DNA of 64,000 bases from an uncultured Gammaproteobacteria bacterium (GCA_964494885.1 CAZBTH010000004.1:6459-70458), one strand, 5' to 3'; shown: positions 7,772 through 18,419, counted from the stretch's first letter. A program made the numbers and translations. The notes: a model not told the origin generated them from the letters alone.

Positions 7772-10249
7772 CTACCTCCATGATGTTAACCAATAATAAC
7801 TCTTTTCCAACCATAACGGAACTTGAAGACCAATCCAGTGGGGATAGAAGTAAGCGAATAGCGAAAAAGTGATAGTGAATAGGGGAAGTATTAGTTTGGG
7901 GTTACGACGGAGAACATATCCAGTCGCAATTGCCAGGAATGGAACCGACGGTAAATAGTGATATAAAAACATTATCCTCGGGGAGGCGGCCCAAGGAACA
8001 AAAAATATTAAATAGCTAAATATCGTAAAACCGATCTTTTTATTTTTCTCTACAAACGCATATATAAAACCCATGACGACGGATGTTATACCAAACCAAA
8101 AAACAAAGGGGTTCCCCATTGCATAGATTCTTGCAACCCGTCCACCCACCTCACCAGAGGTATAAAGATAAATCGGGCGAATCAAAAAGGGCCACGCCCA
8201 CCAGGAAGATGAATAAGCGTGAGTTGCCCTAAGTCCGGTGTGGTACCACCACATCTGTTCCTGCATTCCCCACCAAGTCCCAAAATTGTGTCCAGTTAGA
8301 AACATTGGGATATAAGATGAAAGATATATGATAAATGGGATAACTAAAAAGAATGCGAAAGTTGAAAATCTAAATTTATTCTTCCGTTTGATCCATAAAA
8401 TGAAAAGTATCGGAATTGCCCAAATTGCGGACCATTTGGAAGAAATAGCCAAACCAAAAGAAACTGCAGACCAAAAGTCCCACCGTGCCGTATGGCCCTC
8501 CGGACCGGAGGCTTTTCCCTTCATAAATAGATATACTGATAGCAGCACAAAAAACAGCAGGTAACTGTCATTCATTCCAATACGACTCATCACAAGAGGT
8601 AGTCCATCGAGGGAAAATACAGCGGCCGATAAAAGCCCTACCACTTCGTCTTTAAACAAAATTTTCGCTAAAAGATAAATCAAAAACACCGACCCAACAC
8701 CAAGAAGAGCTCCCGGAATTCTCCACCCGAAAGAATTTTCCCCAAAGATTTTCATACCAAGAACCATCCCCAATTTTGCCAAAGGCGGGTGGGTCCATTC
8801 GTAAGCGAACCCCTCCGGCGGAGTGTTCCACCATTCCCATGCCTTGTTGGCGTCCACATGCATCATCACTTTTGCGGTGAAGGCATGGTAGACCTCATCA
8901 AAATATTCGTTTTTAGGAGAATGTAAATTGTATATTCTGGTAATAGAGGCGAATGTCAAAATTCCAATTAGAATATATTTTGCTTTGTTTTTAGAGAGAC
9001 TTGTCTGAGGTAGCTCATATTCCACAATCGATTGTTTCCTGATTCCGAATAATCGATTAATCGGATAGTTAAACCATGACCGTGTTTTATTTATTTTTTT
9101 AGCCATAACAGTAAACATAAAAAAAACAGATCCGATATTTGCCACCTCTAAGATTTTAATAAAAAAATCAGAAAATACTTGTTTGAAATTAGAGGAAATC
9201 CAAACATACGCATAGTATAGGTTGGCCATATAAGTCAAGGAAAAACCAATGTAAGGAATCAAAAGAATCGGATTTTCAACTGCCACAATAGCAAGCGGTG
9301 CAAAAAGCGGAAGAAGATGCCTCTCGTGCATCCGTGTAAAAAAAACAAAACTGGATGCAAAAATTAAAGAAGTTAATAAATACTCCGCATCGTTCTGCTT
9401 TTTGTCTTTTCGTATAAATTTTATCATTGTTATAATGGTTATACTCAAAACCAACAAATAACCACCAACCTGCATATAAATATTGTCAGGTTTCCACAGG
9501 CCTACCAACCCCCAGAAGTTAAAGGCGTTTACCGAAGTGTAAGGATATTGATTAAGAGACAGGCTCAATCTCTCAAAAATAAAGGATACGAGACTTCCGT
9601 GATTCCAAAATGGGATGAACCCGACCACAAAAATAAGTAAGCCGGCAAATCCGTAAAATAAAAGGTCTGTGAATTTCTTTTTTTGTTTTAAAAATAAAAA
9701 TAAAATTACCGGAAATATAAACGCTGTTTGTGGTTTGATGAGGGTTCCGATCGCCAAAGAAACAGCGGATAGCCAATAGTTAATAGGTAATAGATATACG
9801 GACAAGACTGAAAAAAGAGATGTTAAAGAGTCGACTTGACCCCATAAGGTGGAATTCGCCAAAACCGCAGGATTAAAAACGTAGATAGCACTTCCGATAA
9901 GCCCCCATTTTTCCCCTTTAGACTTATGTAATATTTTGTAAATAATTAACCCCGTTAACAGGTCAGAAATTATGGCAGGCAGTTTGTAAAGAATAGATGT
10001 TGGAAATACCCCCAACAGATTGATCTTTGCCAGAAGCCAAAGGACATAAAGATACCCAGGAAGATAATCGCTCCACCCATTGTAAAAATTTTTAAAACCA
10101 TTACTGGCAAGGTTTGTACTCCAAGCAATAAAAGTTCCCTGATCCAGATTCAATGTTCCAAAAAAAGATAGTGCAATCCTTAAAAATAAACCAAACAAAA
10201 ACAACAAAAAAATCCTATTTCTTGATATTTCTTTGACGAATGAGAACAT
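7772..10249 (-). CDS. tandem GT-C glycosyltransferase fusion (two GT39/PMT-ArnT-like modules)
   Basis: 825 aa, ~20 TM; second half has YFDEVYHAFTAKVMM...HPPLAKLG typical of GT39/PMT_2 DE-motif region; first half independently resembles a GT39-type membrane module. Confidence 0.75.
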   Translation of the reverse strand: MFSFVKEISRNRIFLLFLFGLFLRIALSFFGTLNLDQGTFIAWSTNLASNGFKNFYNGWSDYLPGYLYVLWLLAKINLLGVFPTSILYKLPAIISDLLTGLIIYKILHKSKGEKWGLIGSAIYVFNPAVLANSTLWGQVDSLTSLFSVLSVYLLPINYWLSAVSLAIGTLIKPQTAFIFPVILFLFLKQKKKFTDLLFYGFAGLLIFVVGFIPFWNHGSLVSFIFERLSLSLNQYPYTSVNAFNFWGLVGLWKPDNIYMQVGGYLLVLSITIITMIKFIRKDKKQNDAEYLLTSLIFASSFVFFTRMHERHLLPLFAPLAIVAVENPILLIPYIGFSLTYMANLYYAYVWISSNFKQVFSDFFIKILEVANIGSVFFMFTVMAKKINKTRSWFNYPINRLFGIRKQSIVEYELPQTSLSKNKAKYILIGILTFASITRIYNLHSPKNEYFDEVYHAFTAKVMMHVDANKAWEWWNTPPEGFAYEWTHPPLAKLGMVLGMKIFGENSFGWRIPGALLGVGSVFLIYLLAKILFKDEVVGLLSAAVFSLDGLPLVMSRIGMNDSYLLFFVLLSVYLFMKGKASGPEGHTARWDFWSAVSFGLAISSKWSAIWAIPILFILWIKRKNKFRFSTFAFFLVIPFIIYLSSYIPMFLTGHNFGTWWGMQEQMWWYHTGLRATHAYSSSWWAWPFLIRPIYLYTSGEVGGRVARIYAMGNPFVFWFGITSVVMGFIYAFVEKNKKIGFTIFSYLIFFVPWAASPRIMFLYHYLPSVPFLAIATGYVLRRNPKLILPLFTITFSLFAYFYPHWIGLQVPLWLEKSYYWLTSWR

Positions 10250-10251
10250 TG

Positions 10252-11955
10252 TTATTTAGAGTCGCATTTTACAGAATAAATTCTGTAATTTGTAGTAGAT
10301 TCAACAAGACAGAAATTTTCTACAAAAAACTCTTCATTTGCATTTAAATCATTTATTTCTCCCGGACCGATTACGATGTAATCAACCTTATATTTGTACA
10401 ACAGGTTCTTTGCATCAGCAGTACCTAAATATATATCTTTAATATCCCTTTCTCTGTCCTCATACTTTATTCCGTGAACCCAAAGACTACCCTGATAACC
10501 CATTAATATCTTTCTTCCACCCAAATTGCTTACAAAACTCCTGTGGGTAAATTCTGTTAAAAACAACGAATCTAATGGCGTGTTTTCTCTAACCCACAAT
10601 CCTAAATCGACATCTTCGTTTGAAAATAATTGATAACTGAGATTCATCTCACGATATATTGACAATAATGAAGACAGTGTTAGTGAGGCAACAAGAATTG
10701 CGGCTAATATTTTCCGAATAAGTGCCTTGCTCTGCCACAATCTTACTAAAACAAAAGCGATTGCTCCATAAGCAAAGACTGCAAACCAAAAAAGAAATTT
10801 AACATTATCCCAATTAAATGGTTGAAAAATAAATAAATTAACAATTACAAAAATAAAAAATGAAAACCAAACCAACCTGCTCATCATTTTATGATTCCTA
10901 ACAAAAAACAGGGACAAGATTAAGAGGGGAATTAATACACCAGTATTTTTCCACCAAAATATTATAAATTCTAATATCCCCGGGCCGCTCATCCAACCCA
11001 GATGATATTTAAAAAAAGTTGAACTGGCGTTTAAATGAAAAAAAATTAATTTTAACTGAGGGGCCGCAACCACCAGAGTTATCGCTCCAAAAACAGACCA
11101 TCTTTTCAACCAATCAATCCAATTATTTCTGCTCAGTTCAAAGACTGCCAAAAACGGAATCAAAAGACCAAAAACAATAAACGTATGAGTATGTGACAAT
11201 GGCAAAAGACCTGTTAACACCGCTCCAAAAATAAACCACCAATCTATAGGCTTTCCATCTTTTTTCTCCTTCAAAAAGAGTATGTACAAAATTGCTATCC
11301 CCATCGGTATTCCCAAAAGGACACTTCGTTCAGGAATTAATATCCGAGACAAGAAATTACACCATTGGATATTTTCTCCAAATAAATGACTGTAATCCGG
11401 AAAAATCCCGGGGCCGGTTATGAAATCTTGAAGTTTTCTGTTAAATACCACATCTCTAAAAAAATAATAAAAACCAAGACCACCGTTAAGGAAAAACAAT
11501 AGTGTGCCCAAAAGGGCAACCGACTTACGCCCTGTCAGTTTTCTATAAAAAAAGTAAAGAGATATGATCATCAGGATAGAAAAAATCATACCCGGCAAGA
11601 TTATTGAAGATCTGAGACTAAATCCCCAAATTACAATTACAGCCGACAAAACATTTATAAAAAATGGATAAACCAACGGGATTCCGGAATATAAAGGATT
11701 TTCCGGGGGGAAAGTTCCGGTATAAGCCATCCGGGAGATCGTTGCCAAATGAAACGGTAAATCTCCATAAGTACTTTCCCCTGTCAACAGGTTTCCGTTT
11801 ATATCAGGTTTGATTACGTGGCTATTAAAAAGAGCATAAATAACAAAACCCAGCCCTACCACAAGTATCCAAACAGGTTCTTTAAGTATTTTTTTTAATA
11901 AATCGCGCATTTTTACTTGCGAAGTCCGCCAATCCATTTTTGAATCTCTTCCCAT
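10252..11955 (-). CDS. polytopic membrane protein, putative GT-C-like glycosyltransferase, with C-terminal soluble domain
   Basis: 567 aa, ~12 TM followed by ~140 aa hydrophilic domain; sits in operon between LCP and GT39 genes. Confidence 0.6.
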   Translation of the reverse strand: MGRDSKMDWRTSQVKMRDLLKKILKEPVWILVVGLGFVIYALFNSHVIKPDINGNLLTGESTYGDLPFHLATISRMAYTGTFPPENPLYSGIPLVYPFFINVLSAVIVIWGFSLRSSIILPGMIFSILMIISLYFFYRKLTGRKSVALLGTLLFFLNGGLGFYYFFRDVVFNRKLQDFITGPGIFPDYSHLFGENIQWCNFLSRILIPERSVLLGIPMGIAILYILFLKEKKDGKPIDWWFIFGAVLTGLLPLSHTHTFIVFGLLIPFLAVFELSRNNWIDWLKRWSVFGAITLVVAAPQLKLIFFHLNASSTFFKYHLGWMSGPGILEFIIFWWKNTGVLIPLLILSLFFVRNHKMMSRLVWFSFFIFVIVNLFIFQPFNWDNVKFLFWFAVFAYGAIAFVLVRLWQSKALIRKILAAILVASLTLSSLLSIYREMNLSYQLFSNEDVDLGLWVRENTPLDSLFLTEFTHRSFVSNLGGRKILMGYQGSLWVHGIKYEDRERDIKDIYLGTADAKNLLYKYKVDYIVIGPGEINDLNANEEFFVENFCLVESTTNYRIYSVKCDSK

Positions 11956-12881
11956 TTCCCGTTACCTTCTTTTGGTATGAGAACATATTGTTTATCGTAG
12001 GTCTCCGTAATTGGGGGGTTAATCAGCAACCCGTCCGGAATCAAATATTTATTCATTGAATTCCTGGAGTCAAAAACTTTTCTGGCAATCGCCGCTGCAG
12101 TTTTATCGTCCACGTCCATTTCAACCGAATTTCTTAATACATTAAATATTGCTTTGTCCATATTTAGCGAAAGATAAACTTGTGGGGTAAGTAATTTATT
12201 CTTGATTGCATCGATGACCTTTTGCTGCCTTGCCTCACGCGCCTGATCTGTGCCCTCCTGTCCCGACGCATGTCGGGATCTGACAAATTTCAAGGCCATA
12301 TCCCCATTCATCAATTGAAGACCAGACGCAAATGTTATCGTTTCGTATCGGCAGGCAAAAGTTGCATCTCCACTACAAGTGTCGTTCTCCCTGCCTGCGA
12401 TAGGATACAGTTTGTCGGTAAAACCTGTACCGACATTCACCCGAATTCCACCAAGGGCATCCACAATTTCTTTAAAGGCTGAAAAGTCCACCAAGACAGA
12501 ATATTGTATTTTTATCCCCGTAACCTTTTCTACCGAAGACTTTGCCAAATCCATACCTCCGTAATGATAGGCACTATTAATTTTGGCCCGGATTTCAGGG
12601 ATCCACAAATCCCTTGGGATCGAAACGACGGTCACTCCGGGGCCCCCAAGATTTACCGAAACAAGCATGATTGTATCGGTTAAGTCTCCTCCTGTGTGGT
12701 CCTTTCCCCCAATTCCCAAAACCAGAAAGTTTGCGCGATTACTGTCAGATCTAACCTGTGTTATATCCGGAAACAAGAATTTCGAAACTAAATAAACTTG
12801 CGATCTAAAAAAATACAGGGAGACCAAAAAAAATACAACTATGATGCCCAATATCAAGAGGGTAAATTTTTTAATACTCAT
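11913..12881 (-). CDS. LytR-CpsA-Psr (LCP) family cell-wall glycopolymer phosphotransferase
   Basis: N-terminal TM, then LVLGIGGKDH..DLTDTIMLVSVN..VSIPRDLWI..YSVLVDFSAFKEIVDALGG LCP core. Confidence 0.85.
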   Translation of the reverse strand: MSIKKFTLLILGIIVVFFLVSLYFFRSQVYLVSKFLFPDITQVRSDSNRANFLVLGIGGKDHTGGDLTDTIMLVSVNLGGPGVTVVSIPRDLWIPEIRAKINSAYHYGGMDLAKSSVEKVTGIKIQYSVLVDFSAFKEIVDALGGIRVNVGTGFTDKLYPIAGRENDTCSGDATFACRYETITFASGLQLMNGDMALKFVRSRHASGQEGTDQAREARQQKVIDAIKNKLLTPQVYLSLNMDKAIFNVLRNSVEMDVDDKTAAAIARKVFDSRNSMNKYLIPDGLLINPPITETYDKQYVLIPKEGNGKWEEIQKWIGGLRK

Positions 12882-15800
12882 GTTACTATTGTATTTGGAA
12901 TGAATGACGTAGACAAGCTAACAAACGATTTAAACAAAGATCAGCTCGCTGCTGTGACTTATACCGCAGGACCCCTTCTGGTTTTGGCCGGGGCGGGATC
13001 GGGAAAAACAAAGGTTTTAACACACCGGGTAGCCTATTTTATTGCTCAAGGCTTAATTAAACCTGAAAACGCCCTTCTTTTAACATTCACCAATAAAGCA
13101 GCTACTGAGATGCGGCAAAGAATTAACGACCTACTCGGTCAGTCGTCAGTCAACAGCAAGCAGTCAACGGTTTTCTCCGGAACATTTCATAGTTTTTGTG
13201 CCAAAGTTCTTAGAATTGATGGAAAACATATTAGAATCCCGACAAATTTCATTATTTACGACGACCAAGACCAAAAAGACGCCGTTAAACAAATTTTGGA
13301 AGGCCTGAATATTTCAACTGATCAGTTTGCTCCGGCTTCAATCTTAAACGGAATCGGGGAAGCCAAAAATCAAATGTTGACGCCGGCAGAATACAAAAAT
13401 TTCGTCAGAGGCGAGTGGCAAGAAGTGGTGGCCAAAGTTTACGAACAATACGAAAAAATGCTCAAGGATATTGGGGCTCTGGATTTTGATGACCTGATGA
13501 TCAAAACAGTCCAACTTTTCAGGGAAGTTCCGGAAATTCTTACAAAATGGCAAAGAACTCTAACCCATATTTTTGTTGACGAATGGCAGGACACAAATAA
13601 AATTCAATATACTCTTACCAAACTCCTAGTAGGGAAAAACAGAAATCTCACCGCAGTGGGGGATGCTAGTCAATGCCTACCACCAGAGACACCAATATTA
13701 ACAGTTGATGGTAGCAAAAGAATTGATGAAATAATAACTGGGGACTTTGTAATTTCTGCGACTGGTCGAGGCAACATTGAAAAGTTTTTAGTTAATAAAA
13801 TCCATAAAAGAATACATAATGGAAAATTAATCGTTTTAAAAACAGCCTCTGGAAAAACTTTAAAATTAACACCTAACCATATACTTTTTGCCAAACTTCA
13901 ACCAAAAGAAAATTTACATCATGTTTATTTAATGTATCGAAAAGATAAGGGTTTCAGAATTGGCCAGGCCAAAGGTTTAAGATCTGGAAATGCTAAAAAT
14001 GGACATTTACCTTTAGTTGGAGTTGCTACTCGAGGAAATCAAGAGTCAGCAGATAAAATATGGATTCTTAAAGCGTGTGATACAAAAGCAGATGCAACTT
14101 ATTGGGAATTTTATTTTGCTTTTAAATACGGTATTCCTACAGTCGTCTTTAGCACAAGCAATCGTTCAATGGACATATCTCAAGATCAAATTGATAAATT
14201 ATATTCTGAGATTGATACAAAAGATAAAGCCTTAAAACTTATGGCTGATTTAGAAATTGACCCCACGTTTCCACATCACCGACCAAAAGGAACTTCGGGA
14301 TATAAAAATATTGATAGGCAAATTGTACATTTAAAATTTTTTGAGGATCCAAGACGATACAAATTAAACCCATGGGGAATGCATCGAATTGCTTTAAATA
14401 CAACAGACCGAAAGCTTGAACAAAAAATCAAAAAGTCAGGGTTTTATACCCGAGAAGGCAGAAAAAATACCTGGAGAACTGAAATAGCAAAGATGTCTTA
14501 CGAAGAAGCGGAAAATATTGCGATTAAACTTGGTAAAGAAGCTGGAGATATTGATATTTCATACGAAGCATTTTTAACAAAAGGAAAAGAAAAGCTTTAT
14601 TTTCACCCTGCAAGCCATATTCAAAAAGGAATGATTGTTGGACTTATAAAAGATAAGGCAATTGTTGAAGAAGAAATTACAGATGTTAAACAAGAAAATT
14701 ATGGTGGAATTGTTTACGATTTAGATATAGATAAAGTACATAATTACATTGCTAGTGGGGTTGTTGTCCACAATTCAATTTATTCATGGCGAGGAGCTGA
14801 CTATCGAAACATAACATTGCTCACCAGGGATTATCCGGACATCAAGGTAATTAATTTGGAGCAAAACTACAGATCGACGCAAAACATTCTTGATGCCGCC
14901 AACCTGGTTATTTCAAAAAATACAAATCATCCTATTTTAAAACTTTGGACAGATAAGCATGCCGGTTCAAAAATAAAACTTTACTCTGCCAAAAACGGTT
15001 TTGATGAGGCTGACTTTGTTGTTTCTGAAATTCAATCTCGAAATTCCAGATTCCAGATTCCAGATTCAAAGTATGGCGACTTCGCAGTACTTTATCGCAC
15101 CAATGCCCAATCCCGCGTACTTGAAGAGGCCCTTCTTCATGCTGGAATTCCGTATTCATTAGTGGGAGGTACCAGATTTTATGATCGAAAAGAGGTCAAG
15201 GACATTATCAGTTATTTAAAATATACTGTTAACCCGAAAGACTCTGTTTCAAAAAAACGCATCGAGAAAATTGGCATTAGACGTTTCGAAAAGCTCGAAG
15301 AATTCAGGTCTAGTCTTCCGGAAAATTGGCTAGATGGAATGACTACTTTAGAAATTCTGGACGTTGTCATACAAAAAACTGACTATCTTTCTCTATTCCA
15401 AAAAGAGTCGGAGGAGAATTTGGCAAGGCTTGAAAATATTAAAGAGTTACGAAGTGTGGCCACTGAGTTTCCGGCTATTAATGATTTTTTGGAAAATGTT
15501 GCGCTTGTTGAGTCCACTCAAAAGCCAATAAATTCCACCTCAATTGCTAAAGATTCGGTAACACTCATGACCCTGCATGCCGCAAAAGGTTTAGAATTTC
15601 CCGTTGTTTTTATTGTAGGCATGGAAGAAGGTTTATTTCCCCATTCCCGAAGTTTGATGGACGGCAATCAATTGGAAGAGGAGAGGCGTTTGGCTTACGT
15701 TGGCATAACGCGCGCCAAAGAAATTCTATATTTAACTTATGCAAACTCCCGGCTTTATTTTGGAGAAAGACTAAGTAACCCTCCTTCCAGATTTATAATG

Positions 15801-15944
15801 GACATACCGGAAAATTTAATTGAAAATCTTGGAGGGGTATATTCGAGCTATAAAAATAACAATGACAACCAAGATTCTTTGACTGTAGATAAAATTAAAG
15901 GAACTTTTGACGATATTATTGAGAAATATTTAGATAGGGAGTAG
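12798..15944 (+). CDS. pcrA: UvrD/PcrA-type DNA helicase interrupted by an in-frame intein
   Basis: Walker A AGAGSGKT, motif II VDEWQDTN, motif III split as AVGDASQ|C...HN|SIYSWRGAD, C-terminal motifs VTLMTLHAAKGLEFPVVFIVG and RRLAYVGITRAKE. Confidence 0.9.
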   Translation: MRSKKIQGDQKKYNYDAQYQEGKFFNTHVTIVFGMNDVDKLTNDLNKDQLAAVTYTAGPLLVLAGAGSGKTKVLTHRVAYFIAQGLIKPENALLLTFTNKAATEMRQRINDLLGQSSVNSKQSTVFSGTFHSFCAKVLRIDGKHIRIPTNFIIYDDQDQKDAVKQILEGLNISTDQFAPASILNGIGEAKNQMLTPAEYKNFVRGEWQEVVAKVYEQYEKMLKDIGALDFDDLMIKTVQLFREVPEILTKWQRTLTHIFVDEWQDTNKIQYTLTKLLVGKNRNLTAVGDASQCLPPETPILTVDGSKRIDEIITGDFVISATGRGNIEKFLVNKIHKRIHNGKLIVLKTASGKTLKLTPNHILFAKLQPKENLHHVYLMYRKDKGFRIGQAKGLRSGNAKNGHLPLVGVATRGNQESADKIWILKACDTKADATYWEFYFAFKYGIPTVVFSTSNRSMDISQDQIDKLYSEIDTKDKALKLMADLEIDPTFPHHRPKGTSGYKNIDRQIVHLKFFEDPRRYKLNPWGMHRIALNTTDRKLEQKIKKSGFYTREGRKNTWRTEIAKMSYEEAENIAIKLGKEAGDIDISYEAFLTKGKEKLYFHPASHIQKGMIVGLIKDKAIVEEEITDVKQENYGGIVYDLDIDKVHNYIASGVVVHNSIYSWRGADYRNITLLTRDYPDIKVINLEQNYRSTQNILDAANLVISKNTNHPILKLWTDKHAGSKIKLYSAKNGFDEADFVVSEIQSRNSRFQIPDSKYGDFAVLYRTNAQSRVLEEALLHAGIPYSLVGGTRFYDRKEVKDIISYLKYTVNPKDSVSKKRIEKIGIRRFEKLEEFRSSLPENWLDGMTTLEILDVVIQKTDYLSLFQKESEENLARLENIKELRSVATEFPAINDFLENVALVESTQKPINSTSIAKDSVTLMTLHAAKGLEFPVVFIVGMEEGLFPHSRSLMDGNQLEEERRLAYVGITRAKEILYLTYANSRLYFGERLSNPPSRFIMDIPENLIENLGGVYSSYKNNNDNQDSLTVDKIKGTFDDIIEKYLDRE
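13674..14774 (+). mobile_element. intein (367 aa) inserted in helicase motif III
   Basis: begins CLPPETPILTVDG (block A Cys1), block B TPNHILF, ends GVVVHN followed by extein Ser+1; size suggests an embedded endonuclease/linker domain (no clear LAGLIDADG seen). Confidence 0.8.
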
Positions 15945-15946
15945 TG

Positions 15947-16321
15947 TTAACGTTTCACTTTCGTCGACAACTGATCTGCCGTCAGTTTTGCAAACGCAGA
16001 CCATTCTTTCTTGGCCAACCAATCAAATAGGGAAGCCCCCTCATGCACCATGATGTCATTTGAATAATCACATACAAATTCACCGTCTTTTAATTCAAAG
16101 GTGACCGTTTCAGCAAGGTTGTGCCCTTTACGGCTACCATTTGAAAAGATTAAATTATTCTTTGCACTGAAGCCTATCTCCCACCCCTCTCTTGAATCAC
16201 CGAAAAGTCGCATATATTCACCAGCTTCTCTATGATTCTCTTTTTCTTTTTTTAGCACATCAACAATTGATCGTACTCTAATCGCATCTGCTGCCGGATC
16301 AAACTCACTTTTTTCACCCAT
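15947..16321 (-). CDS. hypothetical protein (124 aa)
   Basis: ORF in coding-dense context; no motif recognised. Confidence 0.45.
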   Translation of the reverse strand: MGEKSEFDPAADAIRVRSIVDVLKKEKENHREAGEYMRLFGDSREGWEIGFSAKNNLIFSNGSRKGHNLAETVTFELKDGEFVCDYSNDIMVHEGASLFDWLAKKEWSAFAKLTADQLSTKVKR

Positions 16322-16365
16322 ATGAACCGATATTACTCTCCCTCTCTACAAAATTCAAGTATCGA

Positions 16366-17343
16366 ATGTATAATTCAATAAGAATGACTAATCTAAACAA
16401 AGTCGCCACGCACCCCCTACAAACTTTAGCGTGGGCAGAGTTTAGAAAAAGATGGGGGAACGAGGTTCTGGAGACAAAATGGGGACTGCTTACTGTTCAC
16501 AGATTACCGTTTACTGACTACAAACTGGCAATATTTGAAAAAGGCCCGACTCCGACTGGGGATATGCTAGATGCTTTATGCCTCATTGGGAAGGAGAAAA
16601 AGATAATTTTTATCAAACTTGAACCCAATGTTGAAAAAAATAATTCAATAATATGCACGCGTACGCTTCAATTACTCAATAATTCAGGTGCAGTACCCGG
16701 TAAAACCGTTTTTACCCCATCAACTTTTTGGATCGGTCTTACGCCATCCGAAGAAGGTTTAATGAAAAGTTTTTCAAGTAAAACCCGTTACAACATCCGT
16801 CTGGCTGAAAGAAATGGCGTTAAAGTCTGCGAGGACAACTCGGATAAAGCGTTTGGTCGGTATCTTGAGTTGACCCGCGAAACTATTAATAGACAAGGTT
16901 TTTACGCGCACTCCGAAAAGTATCACCGTTTGATGTGGCAAATCCTCAAAAAGGCTGGTATTGCCCACCTACTAACTGCCACCTATCAAAAACAAATTAT
17001 CACAACATGGATCTTATTCGTCTGGAAAGACTTTTTGTACTACCCATATGGAGCTTCAACCGAACAGTATAAAAACGTTATGGCAAACAACTTAATGATG
17101 TGGGAAGCCATAAAGTTTGGAAAAAAGTTGGGACTTAAAACATTCGACTTATGGGGGAGGGAAGAAGGTAAAGGATTTACAAAATTTAAAGAAGGCTACA
17201 ATCCCCACGTTGTTGAATTTGTTGGCACCTGGGATCTGATAATAAATAAGCCAATGTACTTTATATATAAAATTGGAGAATTGATAAGATGGCCCTCGCT
17301 TAAACTCGCCGCCAAGTTTGGATTATCCAAGCATCGTTTCTAA
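16366..17343 (+). CDS. FemAB-family peptidoglycan interpeptide-bridge aminoacyltransferase
   Basis: 325 aa; architecture and C-terminal region (NNLMMWEAIKFGKKLGLKTFDLWG) typical of FemX/FemAB GNAT-fold peptidyltransferases. Confidence 0.65.
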   Translation: MYNSIRMTNLNKVATHPLQTLAWAEFRKRWGNEVLETKWGLLTVHRLPFTDYKLAIFEKGPTPTGDMLDALCLIGKEKKIIFIKLEPNVEKNNSIICTRTLQLLNNSGAVPGKTVFTPSTFWIGLTPSEEGLMKSFSSKTRYNIRLAERNGVKVCEDNSDKAFGRYLELTRETINRQGFYAHSEKYHRLMWQILKKAGIAHLLTATYQKQIITTWILFVWKDFLYYPYGASTEQYKNVMANNLMMWEAIKFGKKLGLKTFDLWGREEGKGFTKFKEGYNPHVVEFVGTWDLIINKPMYFIYKIGELIRWPSLKLAAKFGLSKHRF

Positions 17344-17390
17344 TCTTAGACCTCAACTCCTTCACTACTATAATTCGAATTATGGTAGTG

Positions 17391-18416
17391 CTATTTAGTA
17401 ACAGACACTCTTTTAGAATTGATATAGGCCATCATAAGGTTGTCAACTGGCAGGGTCCAAGTTATCTTTCCATCTTCGATAGGGATGCTACTAGTCATAT
17501 ACAAACTCAGGGGGTATTTGAGTCTATTATCCATAATCATGCCTGTGTAATCTTCGGGGACTGGTTTCAACTTACAGATATTAATCAACCACCGGTCAAA
17601 GACATCAAATTCAGTAACAACTTCTGGATTTAATGCCTTCCGATTTAATTTATCTAGAACGTCTGGATTGTCTATTTCGTGGTTATAAGTACTCAGTATC
17701 ACAATTGCAGGATCTGACTTTTTAACAGCCTCAAATACTTTTTTCCAATTTTCAAACCCGTTTGTACCAAAAATTGGGCCAGGATGCCTGAGTATTACTA
17801 TATCCGATTTTTTACGATGTAAAAATAGAGACGCGTCTACGTTAGACATGAAGTTACAAGTAGACCCAACTTTCGATAAAAGTTTTTCCAAACCAATAAA
17901 TTGCTTTTCTTGTCCTGTCGGGCCTGTATCAATGGCAGTTATATCTACCGGAATTTTTTGCTCATTAAAAAACCTTAATATTCCACCTATTTCAAAGCCC
18001 AAATGGGCACCGGGTAAGGCAATAGAAACCCGGCCTTGTTTTGTGTGTGTCACAATATCCACTTTTGGACCCATTCTCATAATCATTTCGTTCAACTCAC
18101 AAAACCATTTTTGTGATGTAGCCCTGGCCATTTCTGCCAGATTTATATCAGCGATCTCTTTTGCATCTACTTTTTTTACTGCAATTTCCATCGGATGTTC
18201 TTCAAGTGCGTGGTTTCTCATCAAACCTTCGAAAGCAGAATATTTACTCATGTTGTGACTCAAATAGACTCTTTGCGCTTCTAATACCAATAAGGGGTCA
18301 GTTTTATAATGAGGTTGAATTTCGGCCTTCTCTTGTCTTGAAACTATGCGGGGATAAACAATAACGTCAGCTACATTTATTTGCTCCGTTTTAAACACAA
18401 CTGGTGAATTTTCCAT
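17391..18416 (-). CDS. hypothetical enzyme-like protein (341 aa) between two Fem-like genes
   Basis: soluble, mixed alpha/beta-looking composition, no family recognised from sequence alone. Confidence 0.5.
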   Translation of the reverse strand: MENSPVVFKTEQINVADVIVYPRIVSRQEKAEIQPHYKTDPLLVLEAQRVYLSHNMSKYSAFEGLMRNHALEEHPMEIAVKKVDAKEIADINLAEMARATSQKWFCELNEMIMRMGPKVDIVTHTKQGRVSIALPGAHLGFEIGGILRFFNEQKIPVDITAIDTGPTGQEKQFIGLEKLLSKVGSTCNFMSNVDASLFLHRKKSDIVILRHPGPIFGTNGFENWKKVFEAVKKSDPAIVILSTYNHEIDNPDVLDKLNRKALNPEVVTEFDVFDRWLINICKLKPVPEDYTGMIMDNRLKYPLSLYMTSSIPIEDGKITWTLPVDNLMMAYINSKRVSVTK

Positions 18417-18419
18417 ATA

